64,000 nucleotides of DNA from Lachnospiraceae bacterium (GTDB lineage: Bacteria > Bacillota > Clostridia > Lachnospirales > Lachnospiraceae). Both the position numbers and the translations under genes were made by a program. Positions 1 through 8,597 of this stretch are shown piece after piece. Each line of letters opens with the position of its first letter. The first letter of the stretch is position 1. The DNA is taken from NCBI GenBank assembly GCA_900771995.1, contig CAAGQC010000007.1, positions 2,852-66,851 of the forward strand, in the 5' to 3' direction. The notes under the pieces were generated by a model. It had not been told where the DNA came from. It made no database searches and was given only the letters and a program-made list of their open reading frames with translations.

Positions 1-116
1 TCGCCCTTGCAGGGAGCAAAGTCACGCAAGCGTGACTTATACAAATGCTGTCGCATTTGAGGTTATGCCGGATACGGCATTATGTTCGTAACAAGGGGAC
101 TTTTTTACAGCCCCTC
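1..116. repeat. End of a hairpin-rich intergenic repeat/MITE-like element (truncated by window edge)
   Basis: Consecutive perfect stems: CCCT/AGGG (4-14), AAGTCACGC/GCGTGACTT (19-38), CAAATGC/GCATTTG (42-59), ATGCCG/CGGCAT (65-80). Ends in TTTTTTACAGCCCCTC, which resembles IS1182-type terminal repeats. Confidence 0.55.
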
Positions 117-154
117 TGCACTATGTTAAATATTACAATTTGAATCCAAAGAAG

Positions 155-736
155 TTATGATTGTATCATTTTCAAACATACTTGATACATATTAAACAAA
201 TGCATATTATCTACTGTCTCTATTGTCTTCCAAATACACACCTCAACTCGACCATACACATAAACTGACATATCTCCAGCAAACCCCAATAGTCTAGGTC
301 TATTTACACCATAAAGTTTCTTTGGTTTTGATAAGTAGCCCCAATATATGTTGGGATTATTCTTAATAAATACTTCTCCAAAATACGCCGAAATATCAAC
401 TGCTATCATAATTGTATTTAGCGACAGCTTTCGTCTATCGCTCATAATATGTGCTTTTATCCAATTTGGACGCATAGCTAATTCCAGCATTAATTCTTGT
501 TCATCTTTTGTACACACCTCAATATGATTTGAAAACCAATCCCATAATTCAATTAACGAATTGGGCGTTTTATCTAATACCCTATGCGTCCCCGTTAAAT
601 TAATATACTTTTCTAAATTCTGTATCCTCTGCTCTATGGTATCAATATACCATACAAAATATTGTTCAGCTTGCTTTTTCTTCATATCTTCAAATGGTAT
701 AAGTTCAAACGGCGGGGTCATTCCATTATATTGCAT
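155..736 (-). CDS. Hypothetical protein, candidate orphan immunity protein
   Basis: AT-rich ORF; GAGGTG RBS before ATG 736 (MQYNGMTPPF...); lies directly downstream of a toxin-like C-terminal stub. Confidence 0.7.
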   Translation of the reverse strand: MQYNGMTPPFELIPFEDMKKKQAEQYFVWYIDTIEQRIQNLEKYINLTGTHRVLDKTPNSLIELWDWFSNHIEVCTKDEQELMLELAMRPNWIKAHIMSDRRKLSLNTIMIAVDISAYFGEVFIKNNPNIYWGYLSKPKKLYGVNRPRLLGFAGDMSVYVYGRVEVCIWKTIETVDNMHLFNMYQVCLKMIQS

Positions 737-757
737 ACATGTCACCTCTTATAACTA

Positions 758-841
758 TTAATGAATAACATACTGAATTCCATTTTGTGTCAAGAACTCA
801 AGCAATTGCTGAGTTGCACCACCCCGACCAGTAATATCACT
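758..841 (-). pseudogene. C-terminal stub resembling a polymorphic (Rhs-type) toxin tip
   Basis: Startless frame reads SDITGRGGATQQLLEFLTQNGIQYVIH*, matching the S..TG..G....L...L...GI.Y.IH* ending I recall from REase-like toxin domains. Confidence 0.45.
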
Positions 842-876
842 TTTCGCCAGTTTCCATGTCCATTGTGTTATGACAT

Positions 877-1239
877 TTAATACATTGATATTGAAGGAAA
901 TGCAGTAGACCTGATTCCATTATCCATTGCCAGCTTCATAGAATTAAAATAGCAGTTAGCAAGAAGCTCCTCTTCTCTATCTCTGCCTCCATTCCATATC
1001 GGTCCTACAGTATGAATAACATAATCGCATGGTAAATTATAGGCTTTTGTTATCTTTGCTTCTCCAGTCACGCATCCGTGAAGTGTCCTACACTCAGCCA
1101 GAAGTTCCGGTCCTGCGGCTCTATGAATCGCGCCATCTACACCGCCTCCGCCAAGATGAGAGTTATTTGCTGCATTAACAATTGCCTGCACATCTGTTAC
1201 TTTTGTTATATCTCCTTTTACTGTCTTAATCAAATACAT
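877..1239 (-). pseudogene. Macro domain (YmdB-like O-acetyl-ADP-ribose deacetylase), 3' truncated
   Basis: [19 protein letters not shown] and VIHTVGP motifs; stops at FPSISMY* where the family continues FPSISTG.YG.P for about 45 more residues. Confidence 0.8.
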
Positions 1240-1259
1240 CTTTCTTACCAGCCTGTTTA

Positions 1260-1619
1260 TTATATTACCTCTGCCCCAAATGGCATCAGAGACAATTTAG
1301 CAATTTTGAAAAACTGCTTTCCGAAAGGAATTCCGATAATTGTTATACAACATATCAGACCTGCCACAGCATTTCCAACTGCCATAGGGATTCCTGATAC
1401 AATCAGCCAGATAATATTTGCAATTAAGCTAACTGCACCGCCACCATATACCACTTCTTTTCCAAACGGAAAAAATGCCAAACCTGCAAACTTAAAACAT
1501 TGTAAGCCTATCGGTATTCCTATTATGGAAATGCACCACAGGCAACCTGCCAAAACCCATGACAGTCCACTCAACAATCCACCACATATAAACCAAAGTA
1601 TATTTCCTAATATGCTCAT
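1260..1619 (-). CDS. YccF domain inner membrane protein
   Basis: Two repeats of GN.(L/I)W...G ... IIGIP.G.Q.FK.A.L...PFG. Confidence 0.9.
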   Translation of the reverse strand: MSILGNILWFICGGLLSGLSWVLAGCLWCISIIGIPIGLQCFKFAGLAFFPFGKEVVYGGGAVSLIANIIWLIVSGIPMAVGNAVAGLICCITIIGIPFGKQFFKIAKLSLMPFGAEVI

Positions 1620-1620
1620 A

Positions 1621-1839
1621 TCAATATTCCTTCTCTATCTCTCCATCTATTCCATACATTTTCTTGAATGCATCAGGGTCTGCCTGATTTTTAATCAGCA
1701 TAACCTCATCTATCTTACCTGTATGAATGTCCTTAAAGCCTGCAACCTGCTCACCATTACATATGCTCGCCTTGATTACTGGTTTCTTATTTTCTTTATC
1801 ATATGTCTTCGTAACTATCTTTTTCTTAAATAGTCCCAC
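1621..1839 (-). CDS. Conserved small hypothetical protein
   Basis: KPVIKASICNGEQVAGFKD..TGK..EVMLI motif; GAAGGTG RBS before GTG 1839. Confidence 0.75.
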   Translation of the reverse strand: MGLFKKKIVTKTYDKENKKPVIKASICNGEQVAGFKDIHTGKIDEVMLIKNQADPDAFKKMYGIDGEIEKEY

Positions 1840-2137
1840 TCTGAGCACCTTCTTTTGACTTTGCCATCAGTATAAGTTTTTCAAAGGACTGTGCAAAACG
1901 TACATCATCTTCTTCTGTACGCTTTCTCGGGTCTCCGCTTCCGCTCCGGTCCGCGCAAAGCCGATGTCCACCGGACATCGTGCGCCCTTTCATATGATTC
2001 TTATGAGAGCTGCGTCTTGCCTTCTTGTTAAGATGTCGTTCCATAAGCATCTGATCTATGTTATCATTCGTGTACCACTTGCCAGATTGGTGAATAGCAT
2101 ATGCACCTTTTCCAAGAGCCATAGCAGCGACACCATA
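1826..2137 (-). pseudogene. YaiI/YqxD (DUF188) family 3' remnant with in-frame 54-bp insertion
   Basis: YGVAAMALGKGAYAIHQSGKWYTNDNIDQMLMERH...KG[18 aa insert]PRKRTEEDDVRF; 5' half missing. Confidence 0.75.
1931..1984. mobile_element. 54-bp GC-rich palindromic insertion element
   Basis: GC-rich island in AT-rich gene; 8-bp stem CGATGTCC-acc-GGACATCG (1962-1980); removing it restores GGG CCG (K-G-P-R-K-R). Confidence 0.7.
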
Positions 2138-2232
2138 TATTCCTCATTCTCAATAATTAAGCCAAGTGATTTTAAATTTTCTATTTGCTCGTCTATTGTC
2201 ATCGGTAATTGATGTTGCTTTAATTTCCCCAT
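2137..2232 (-). pseudogene. Abi_2/AbiD/AbiF-family abortive infection protein, N-terminal 32 codons only
   Basis: MGKLKQHQLPMTIDEQIENLKSLGLIIENEEY matches the T.(D/E)EQI..LK..GL.I..EE N-terminus of Abi proteins; then fused to the YaiI remnant. Confidence 0.7.
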
Positions 2233-2247
2233 GTATTTTCCCCCTAA

Positions 2248-2300
2248 AATTAAAAGACCCAACGTGGTCCGCATCGTTGAGAGGCGTGTTGGGTTCTGTT
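2248..2300 (-). ncRNA. abiF-like structured RNA leader
   Basis: 5'-GAACCCAAC-ACGCCTCTCAACGATGCGGACCAC-GTTGGGTCTTTT-3': closing stem, internal loop and U-tract between a sigma-A promoter and an Abi gene start. Confidence 0.6.
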
Positions 2301-2306
2301 ATTTTT

Positions 2307-2335
2307 AGTATATTCTATATGTTGTAAAATTACAA
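2307..2335 (-). promoter_or_regulatory. Sigma-A promoter for abiF-like RNA/abi
   Basis: TTGTAA-N17-TATACT. Confidence 0.65.
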
Positions 2336-2440
2336 TGATTATTTCAAATTGCTCAACCCTTTTTTCTTATACCCACAGTCACAATAAGGTCCACCGGAAG
2401 CCAGGGTGTATTCCCTGACGAAATTCATGACGCCGCCTGC

Positions 2441-3430
2441 CTATTCCTCTGTATTTCCCGCCTTGCTGTGCTTGTGTCTCTTGCGCACTTCCCGCGCATG
2501 ATCCCTGCGGGCGGCAATAGCCTCCGCGTCTTCCTTGGAGATCAGCTTCGTGGTCTTTACAATATATACACCACCATCATAAGCCTTGCGTACCCGGATC
2601 TTACCCTTAAGATAACCGTGCTTTTCACAGTAGGCCACACAGTAATAATGCCTGCCGTTGGCGCTGAACCATTTGATCCGCTTGCGCAGGTTCCGGTGGC
2701 AGAGGTAACATTTGCTGGACACAACCTCCTTGTCCGCAAAAGCTTCCGTCTTATCCTTGAACTCTCTGGAAATATATTTTACATAGGTGTCAAACTGTGT
2801 CTTGACCTCATCCTTGCGATCCTTCGGCGGGCAGAACGTGTCATAGGACAGGTTCACCAGTACCTCCGGGTGCTCCTCCAGAATCCGGATCAGGATCTTG
2901 GCCGTATAATAGGCATCGCTGAAAGCCCGGTGAAAAGGAATGTCCTTCTCAATCTGCAGGAAATCAATGGCATATTCCAGATTCCGGCGGATCTTGCGCT
3001 CCTCGTAGGCGATGGCAAACAGCTTCTGCACGTCGAGAAACGGCAGCGGTCCCGGTGCCAGAAGCGGCATGTCATAATATGCCATATTCCGCTGTAACTC
3101 CGTCAGATCCAGGGTTCCCCAGGTACAGAACAGGTGCTCCTCCGATCCGCACCAGGTGACAAAATCGCCCCCGACTTCCGGGAAAGGTCTCCCCCGTTCC
3201 AGCTCCTGCATCTGAATATGGATCAGTTTGCTGGTGATCTTGTGCATCTCATGGTAGACCTGCGGTTTAACCAGTTCATTGAATTCACTGACCATGACCC
3301 GTTCGTTATTCAGTTTGATGGCTCCGATTTCAATGATTTCAAAGGGAAGCTTCTCCACAGCGTCCTCTTTGCCGGTGTTACTCTGATTCCATTCCAGATC
3401 CAGAACGATATATTCCATGCGTTCCTCCAT
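2441..3430 (-). CDS. DEDDh 3'-5' exonuclease with Cys/His-rich C-terminal extension
   Basis: IVLDLEWNQ, EIIEIGA, TWG..D, HRAFSDA motifs. Confidence 0.9.
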   Translation of the reverse strand: MEERMEYIVLDLEWNQSNTGKEDAVEKLPFEIIEIGAIKLNNERVMVSEFNELVKPQVYHEMHKITSKLIHIQMQELERGRPFPEVGGDFVTWCGSEEHLFCTWGTLDLTELQRNMAYYDMPLLAPGPLPFLDVQKLFAIAYEERKIRRNLEYAIDFLQIEKDIPFHRAFSDAYYTAKILIRILEEHPEVLVNLSYDTFCPPKDRKDEVKTQFDTYVKYISREFKDKTEAFADKEVVSSKCYLCHRNLRKRIKWFSANGRHYYCVAYCEKHGYLKGKIRVRKAYDGGVYIVKTTKLISKEDAEAIAARRDHAREVRKRHKHSKAGNTEE

Positions 3431-3447
3431 AACTAAATTATTTGTCC

Positions 3448-4533
3448 CTACAGTCTCGGCAAAGCCACATCCAGTACTTCCTCATGCCAGCAATGGTCTC
3501 CCTCTCTGACATCATGGATCGGATATTCTTCCTTCCCATACAGCCGGTAAGCCTTCCGCACGATATCCAGCTGCTCCGTCACATTCTGCAGTCCTCTGGG
3601 ACCGTTCAGATGATCGTCCCGGCAGGACTGGACTGCCAGCGGTCTCGGCGCAATAAGGGAAGCAATATCCCCCATATCAAAGTGTTCCCACAGATGGGGA
3701 ACATAATTACAACTGCAATTTCCATTGAGCAGCAGCAATGCATCCCGATAACCATAGAGATACCCGCTGATAATGCATTTTTTCACGCGATCATCCAATG
3801 CCGAGATCCACAATGTCTGCATACCGCCGCCGGAAAATCCCACGACACCCAAATCGTCCGTATCCCATTCGTCCCGCTCATAGACATAATCGATCAGCCG
3901 GGAAGCATCCCATGCGCACATGCCCGCCACGGTCTCTCCCAGAGGCTCCGCCATATGTGCCAGCTGAAAACAGGTACTGGTCAGAAAAGACTTCTCATCC
4001 GTTCCCTTCTGTAATGCCTCATCCCTGCGCTCTCCGAAGCCTCTGCAATCCGGACAGATCGCCACATAGCCCCGCTTTGCCAGCTGCATACCGTAATCAT
4101 AATGGTAGAACTCGATCATCCGCTTTACCGCCGGAATGTCGTCACGGCCTGCCACGCTGAATTTGCCTGCGCCCTGATGGCCCGGAAGGGCAAGAAAACA
4201 TTTCTGTTTTCCTTCACCCTGCTTTGGCGGGATCAGGATATACATGGGCATATACACTTCCGGCTCTACCTGAAGGATCACTTTTTCCCGGCGAATGCCG
4301 TTTTCCAGTTCTACGACTTCTTCCACACGGGGTTCCAGATTGCAGGTCTCCATGTATTTCCATCCCAGAAGTTCCTTCAGCGTCTCCCGGGAAGTCTCTT
4401 TCCAGCTTTCCCATTCCTCTCTGGTGGATCCGGTGAAAGCATCCTGTCTTGCATAGTTATCGAATTTCTTCTGCATTCCCTTCAGGCTTCCGTAGAAGCG
4501 AGGGATCTGAATGATCGTATCTGCCTGTTTCAT
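3448..4533 (-). CDS. Alpha/beta hydrolase (dienelactone hydrolase/esterase-like)
   Basis: GFSGGG nucleophile elbow, PDCRGFGER, IAPRPL, C-terminal His (GDH). Confidence 0.85.
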   Translation of the reverse strand: MKQADTIIQIPRFYGSLKGMQKKFDNYARQDAFTGSTREEWESWKETSRETLKELLGWKYMETCNLEPRVEEVVELENGIRREKVILQVEPEVYMPMYILIPPKQGEGKQKCFLALPGHQGAGKFSVAGRDDIPAVKRMIEFYHYDYGMQLAKRGYVAICPDCRGFGERRDEALQKGTDEKSFLTSTCFQLAHMAEPLGETVAGMCAWDASRLIDYVYERDEWDTDDLGVVGFSGGGMQTLWISALDDRVKKCIISGYLYGYRDALLLLNGNCSCNYVPHLWEHFDMGDIASLIAPRPLAVQSCRDDHLNGPRGLQNVTEQLDIVRKAYRLYGKEEYPIHDVREGDHCWHEEVLDVALPRL

Positions 4534-4581
4534 GACTGCTCCTTGCATTTCCTATCCGTTTTTCTTATTACTTTACCGCAC

Positions 4582-5448
4582 TTACCACTCTCTGCCCTGT
4601 GCGTGCAGTCCGTCTTCCACGTCTCCCGCGAACAGACTCTCCAGCCAGGTATGGGCCAGTTCGATCCAGGATGTACATTCCTCCTGCACTGCTCTGCCGT
4701 CGTTGGTCTCTGTCAGCTTATTGGCCAGTGCCAGCCCATGGGCTCCCTTCTGGTACATGTGGAATTCCGTGGGAACTCCTGCCCTGCGAAGGGCGCTGAC
4801 GAACAACAGGGAATTCTCCACCGGCACGGACTGATCCGCAAAGGTATGCCAGATAAAGGTCTTCGGCACTTTATTTGTCACCTGTTTTTCCAATGACAGC
4901 TTCTCTCCCAGTTCTTCCTGTCTGCTGCCTAACAGATTCTCAAAGGAGCCTCTGTGGGCAAACTCTCCGGAAGTAATAACCGGATAGCATAACAGCAGTC
5001 CGTCCGGACGCAGCATCTCATGCCCGGAGGCGGAAAGTCCCTGACTCTCTGCCAAGAAATCTTCATCCCAGAATACTCCAAGGCTGGCTGCCAGATGTCC
5101 TCCCGCAGAACATCCCTCCACTACGATCTTGTGGGGATCGATATGCCACTCTTCTGCATGCTCCCGCAGGAATTTAATGCTGTAGGCCAGTTCTTTTAAA
5201 GAAGTGGGATATTCCGCCGGTGCGCAGGAATAACGTAGTACTGCCGCATGGTATCCCATGGCCAGAAACTTCAGTGCCATCGGTTCCGCCTCTCTGTCGG
5301 AGGTTCTGGTATAACCGCCTCCCGGGCACAGCAATATCAGAGGTCTGTCATTAATGGCCAGCGCGTCGGAATCATCCTGAATATAAGTAATCAGTTTTGC
5401 TCCCGGCAGGGAACCTTCCTGATGCAGTTCAAAGGTATTATAGATCAT
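4582..5448 (-). CDS. Alpha/beta hydrolase (acetyl/feruloyl esterase-like)
   Basis: CPGGGY oxyanion motif, GCSAGGH, D..VP, HGL catalytic His. Confidence 0.9.
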   Translation of the reverse strand: MIYNTFELHQEGSLPGAKLITYIQDDSDALAINDRPLILLCPGGGYTRTSDREAEPMALKFLAMGYHAAVLRYSCAPAEYPTSLKELAYSIKFLREHAEEWHIDPHKIVVEGCSAGGHLAASLGVFWDEDFLAESQGLSASGHEMLRPDGLLLCYPVITSGEFAHRGSFENLLGSRQEELGEKLSLEKQVTNKVPKTFIWHTFADQSVPVENSLLFVSALRRAGVPTEFHMYQKGAHGLALANKLTETNDGRAVQEECTSWIELAHTWLESLFAGDVEDGLHAQGREW

Positions 5449-5556
5449 CTTTTTTCCTCTTTTCCGAGCATCTTATTACATTCTATGAAAAAACAAGACG
5501 CAGACCCTGTAGCAATACTACCGGCCTGCGTCTGCATCTGCCTTATAAAAATTATC

Positions 5557-6990
5557 TTAGTATGCTCTTCCCCAGTATACCATCTTTTTCGCAGGTTTTC
5601 CACAACATACGCAGGTATCTGCGATCTGTTCCTGTTCAAAAGGCATGCAGCGGCTGGTAACAGCAAGCTTTTCCTTGATCTTGTCTTCACATTCCTGACA
5701 TCCGCACCACATAGCCTTGACGAATCCGGACTTTTCGTTGAAGATCTGCTCGAACTCTTCCATGTTGTGTGCCACATAAGTATGGCTGTCACGGTGTGCT
5801 CTTGCTCTCTCCAGCATCTCCTTCTGCATGGTCTCCAGAATCTCAGCTGCCTTGGTCTCCAGGTCTTCCAGAGCCACTTCGATCTTCTCTCTGGTATCAC
5901 GGCGGCAGATCACGCACTTGCCTGCCTCGATGTCCTTGGGGCCGATCTCCACACGGATCGGGTAGCCTCTCATCTCAGCCTCTGCGAACTTGAAGCCGGG
6001 AGTCTTGTCGCTGTCGTCTACCTTGACACGGAAATCTTTTGCCAGGCGGTCTCTCAGTTCATAAGCCTTGTCAAGGACGCCTTCCTTCTTCTGCATAACG
6101 GGTACGATACAGATCTGGATGGGAGCTACACGGGGAGGGATTACAAGACCTTCGTTATCACCGTGTACCATGATCAGTGCACCAATCAGACGGGTGGTCA
6201 TACCCCAGGAAGTCTGATGTACATATTTTAAAGTATTGTCCTTGTCTGCAAACTGAATGCCGAAAGCTTTGGCGAAACCGTCACCGAAGTTATGGCTGGT
6301 ACCGGACTGCAGAGCCTTACCGTCATGCATCAGAGCTTCTACAGTATAGGTTGCAACTGCGCCTGCGAATTTCTCCTTCTCGGTCTTCTGTCCCTTGATA
6401 GCGGGAATCGCCAGAACTTCCTCCAGGAACTTCGCATATACGTTCAGCATCAGCAGAGTTCTCTCCTGAGATTCTTCTGCAGTAGCATGTGCGGTATGTC
6501 CCTCCTGCCACAGGAACTCTCTGGAACGCAGGAAAGGTCTGGTCTCCTTCTCCCAACGTACTACGGAGCACCACTGGTTGTATACCTTGGGCAGATCTCT
6601 GTAGGAATGAATGTCATTCTTATAAAAATCACAGAACAGTGTCTCGGAAGTAGGTCTGACACAAAGTCTCTCGGGCAGTTCATTCAATCCACCCTGCGTA
6701 ACCCATGCTACTTCGGGAGCAAAGCCTTCTACATGATCCTTCTCCTTATCTAATAAGGACTCGGGAATAAACATGGGAAGATATACATTCTGTACTCCAA
6801 CCGCTTTGAATCTTGCATCCAGTTCTTTCTGGATCAGCTCCCAGATGGCATAGCCTGCGGGTTTGATGACCATACATCCCTTTACGCTGGTGTAATCACA
6901 CAGCTCTGCTTTCTTCACTACATCGGTATACCACTGGGCGAAATCTTCTTCCATGGAAGTAATCGCTTCTACCATTTTCTTGTCTGCCAT
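5557..6990 (-). CDS. proS: Proline--tRNA ligase (archaeal/eukaryotic-type, no insertion editing domain)
   Basis: [34 protein letters not shown]-terminal Cys cluster and GRAY end. Confidence 0.97.
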   Translation of the reverse strand: MADKKMVEAITSMEEDFAQWYTDVVKKAELCDYTSVKGCMVIKPAGYAIWELIQKELDARFKAVGVQNVYLPMFIPESLLDKEKDHVEGFAPEVAWVTQGGLNELPERLCVRPTSETLFCDFYKNDIHSYRDLPKVYNQWCSVVRWEKETRPFLRSREFLWQEGHTAHATAEESQERTLLMLNVYAKFLEEVLAIPAIKGQKTEKEKFAGAVATYTVEALMHDGKALQSGTSHNFGDGFAKAFGIQFADKDNTLKYVHQTSWGMTTRLIGALIMVHGDNEGLVIPPRVAPIQICIVPVMQKKEGVLDKAYELRDRLAKDFRVKVDDSDKTPGFKFAEAEMRGYPIRVEIGPKDIEAGKCVICRRDTREKIEVALEDLETKAAEILETMQKEMLERARAHRDSHTYVAHNMEEFEQIFNEKSGFVKAMWCGCQECEDKIKEKLAVTSRCMPFEQEQIADTCVCCGKPAKKMVYWGRAY

Positions 6991-7034
6991 TTTCTCTCTC
7001 CTTTTCATTTTCTGCAAATATACTGCTTTTCATA

Positions 7035-7312
7035 CGATCTACGGAAACGAAAAACGCCGGGTCATCGCTCCCGAAAAAAGGGACCGATCACTCGGCGGTA
7101 CCACCCTGATTGATACAAATTAAGTATCCTGCTCTGACACCGTTAACGCCGGTTCTACGCTGTGCTTCGCCGTTCCTATAGCATATCCGTCTCGCACAGG
7201 ACTCCAAGGGAGGTTTCCGATCGTCTGTCATAAGGGGTTTCCAGCCGCACATTACCGTGTCCTTCCCCTCTCTCTGGGATGCGTCTCGATCGTACTGATC
7301 CTTTTCATCGTC
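7035..7312 (-). promoter_or_regulatory. T-box riboswitch (Pro specifier)
   Basis: GATGAAAAGGATCAGTA start, AGAGAG and GCTGGAAA stem I motifs, GAAA-CCT-CCC specifier loop, T-box AGGGTGGTACCGCC, terminator with U-tract before proS. Confidence 0.9.
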
Positions 7313-7329
7313 ATTGTCGTATGCAAGTA

Positions 7330-7359
7330 ATTGTAGTGCATGTTTCCGGGATTTGTCAA
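7330..7359 (-). promoter_or_regulatory. Sigma-A promoter of proS leader
   Basis: TTGACA-N18-TACAAT. Confidence 0.7.
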
Positions 7360-7369
7360 GGTTCTTTCC

Positions 7370-7807
7370 TTATTCCAGTCCTAATTTTTCCCGGATGCTG
7401 TCGGCTGCGATATTCCAGTCGCCCATTTCTTCGTATGCCGCATCCATTTTCTCCTTTTCTCTGGCAGCCCGCTCCGTATCGCCGGTCTGAAGAAATGCCT
7501 TATACATGGACGCCGCCTCAAAATATCTCGCCACACCATAGCATTCTTTTTTCGTTCCGGACAGTAAGCCGCCGTACACCATGTCCTCGTGATAATTTAC
7601 TACCAGGTAGGCATAATTTTCACTTTGTACATTATTCTCCATCCAGTTGGTCTTCGCAGGACGGGAAAAAGCGTAGTTTAATTCCCGGAACATATGAATG
7701 GTTCCCCCAAACAGCACCAGGCACAAAGCTATGATCACTATATTCATAACGAGCAGTGCTCCTCTCTGCTTTTGTGCCTGTTTCAGCTTACTCTTCAGAT
7801 TTGCCAT
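7370..7807 (-). CDS. Hypothetical single-pass membrane protein
   Basis: Basic N-terminus, one hydrophobic helix, overlaps upstream gene. Confidence 0.75.
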   Translation of the reverse strand: MANLKSKLKQAQKQRGALLVMNIVIIALCLVLFGGTIHMFRELNYAFSRPAKTNWMENNVQSENYAYLVVNYHEDMVYGGLLSGTKKECYGVARYFEAASMYKAFLQTGDTERAAREKEKMDAAYEEMGDWNIAADSIREKLGLE

Positions 7808-8576
7808 AACCCATCACCTCGCCTTTTTGTTCCAAAAATAAGATTTTTTGTGCATTTGACATCGTACCGAAATTCTCTGCCTCTTCCGGTGTCATGTCAA
7901 AATAGGTCTGCAGCAGTGCCTTCATATTCTCTTCCATCCGGAGCATGGCTTCCTTCTGCTCCTCCGGCAGCTCCCGATATTGTTGGGCTCTATACTCATT
8001 ATCCACAGGATACAGAAGCCTTTCCAGCTGCTCGTAATAATCCGAAACATCTTCATACAGACCGGGAAGTATGGATACATTGCCGGAACTGATAGTAACT
8101 GCCTTCATCAGGCTTTCATAAAAGTAACGATACGCTCCGCTGGCTTCCATGAGCAGCTGATATTTTTCATAAGTATTATTACTACTATAAGGCCGGATAT
8201 AATGCTTGTCACAAAAAGCTGAAAATCCTATGTAATCCTCGTCTTCCAGATACTGTTCCATCTGTTTCATATAGCTGGTCTGCCGGATTTTGGCATCAAA
8301 CTGCATTAATCCCCTGTGAATGCTCCAGCTGTGGGAGGCTATGATAAATACGGCCACGCATAAGATTATCAGTACCGTGATAATTACCGTATGTGACATG
8401 ATCTCTGTATTTTTCTCCGCCACTTCATAGACATCACTTTTGGTATCCTCAAAGTTGCTCTTATAATGCTCCATGTCCTTGACATGCTGCTCTGCTTCTT
8501 CGTTTGGTCTTCCGCAATGAGGACAATAGGCCTGTTCCAATGTCAGATTGCCCCCGCAGTACTTACATTTCATCAT
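7788..8576 (-). CDS. Zinc-ribbon domain membrane protein
   Basis: CKYCG...CPHCG, then one TM helix and a helical C-terminal domain. Confidence 0.8.
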   Translation of the reverse strand: MMKCKYCGGNLTLEQAYCPHCGRPNEEAEQHVKDMEHYKSNFEDTKSDVYEVAEKNTEIMSHTVIITVLIILCVAVFIIASHSWSIHRGLMQFDAKIRQTSYMKQMEQYLEDEDYIGFSAFCDKHYIRPYSSNNTYEKYQLLMEASGAYRYFYESLMKAVTISSGNVSILPGLYEDVSDYYEQLERLLYPVDNEYRAQQYRELPEEQKEAMLRMEENMKALLQTYFDMTPEEAENFGTMSNAQKILFLEQKGEVMGYGKSEE

Positions 8577-8597
8577 GATGTTTCCGGTCCTTTCCCG

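Noticed and set aside
2340..2440. Possible SRP or other ncRNA after the exonuclease gene
   Set aside because: Only a 5-bp CAGGG/CCCTG stem; no SRP helix-8 motif
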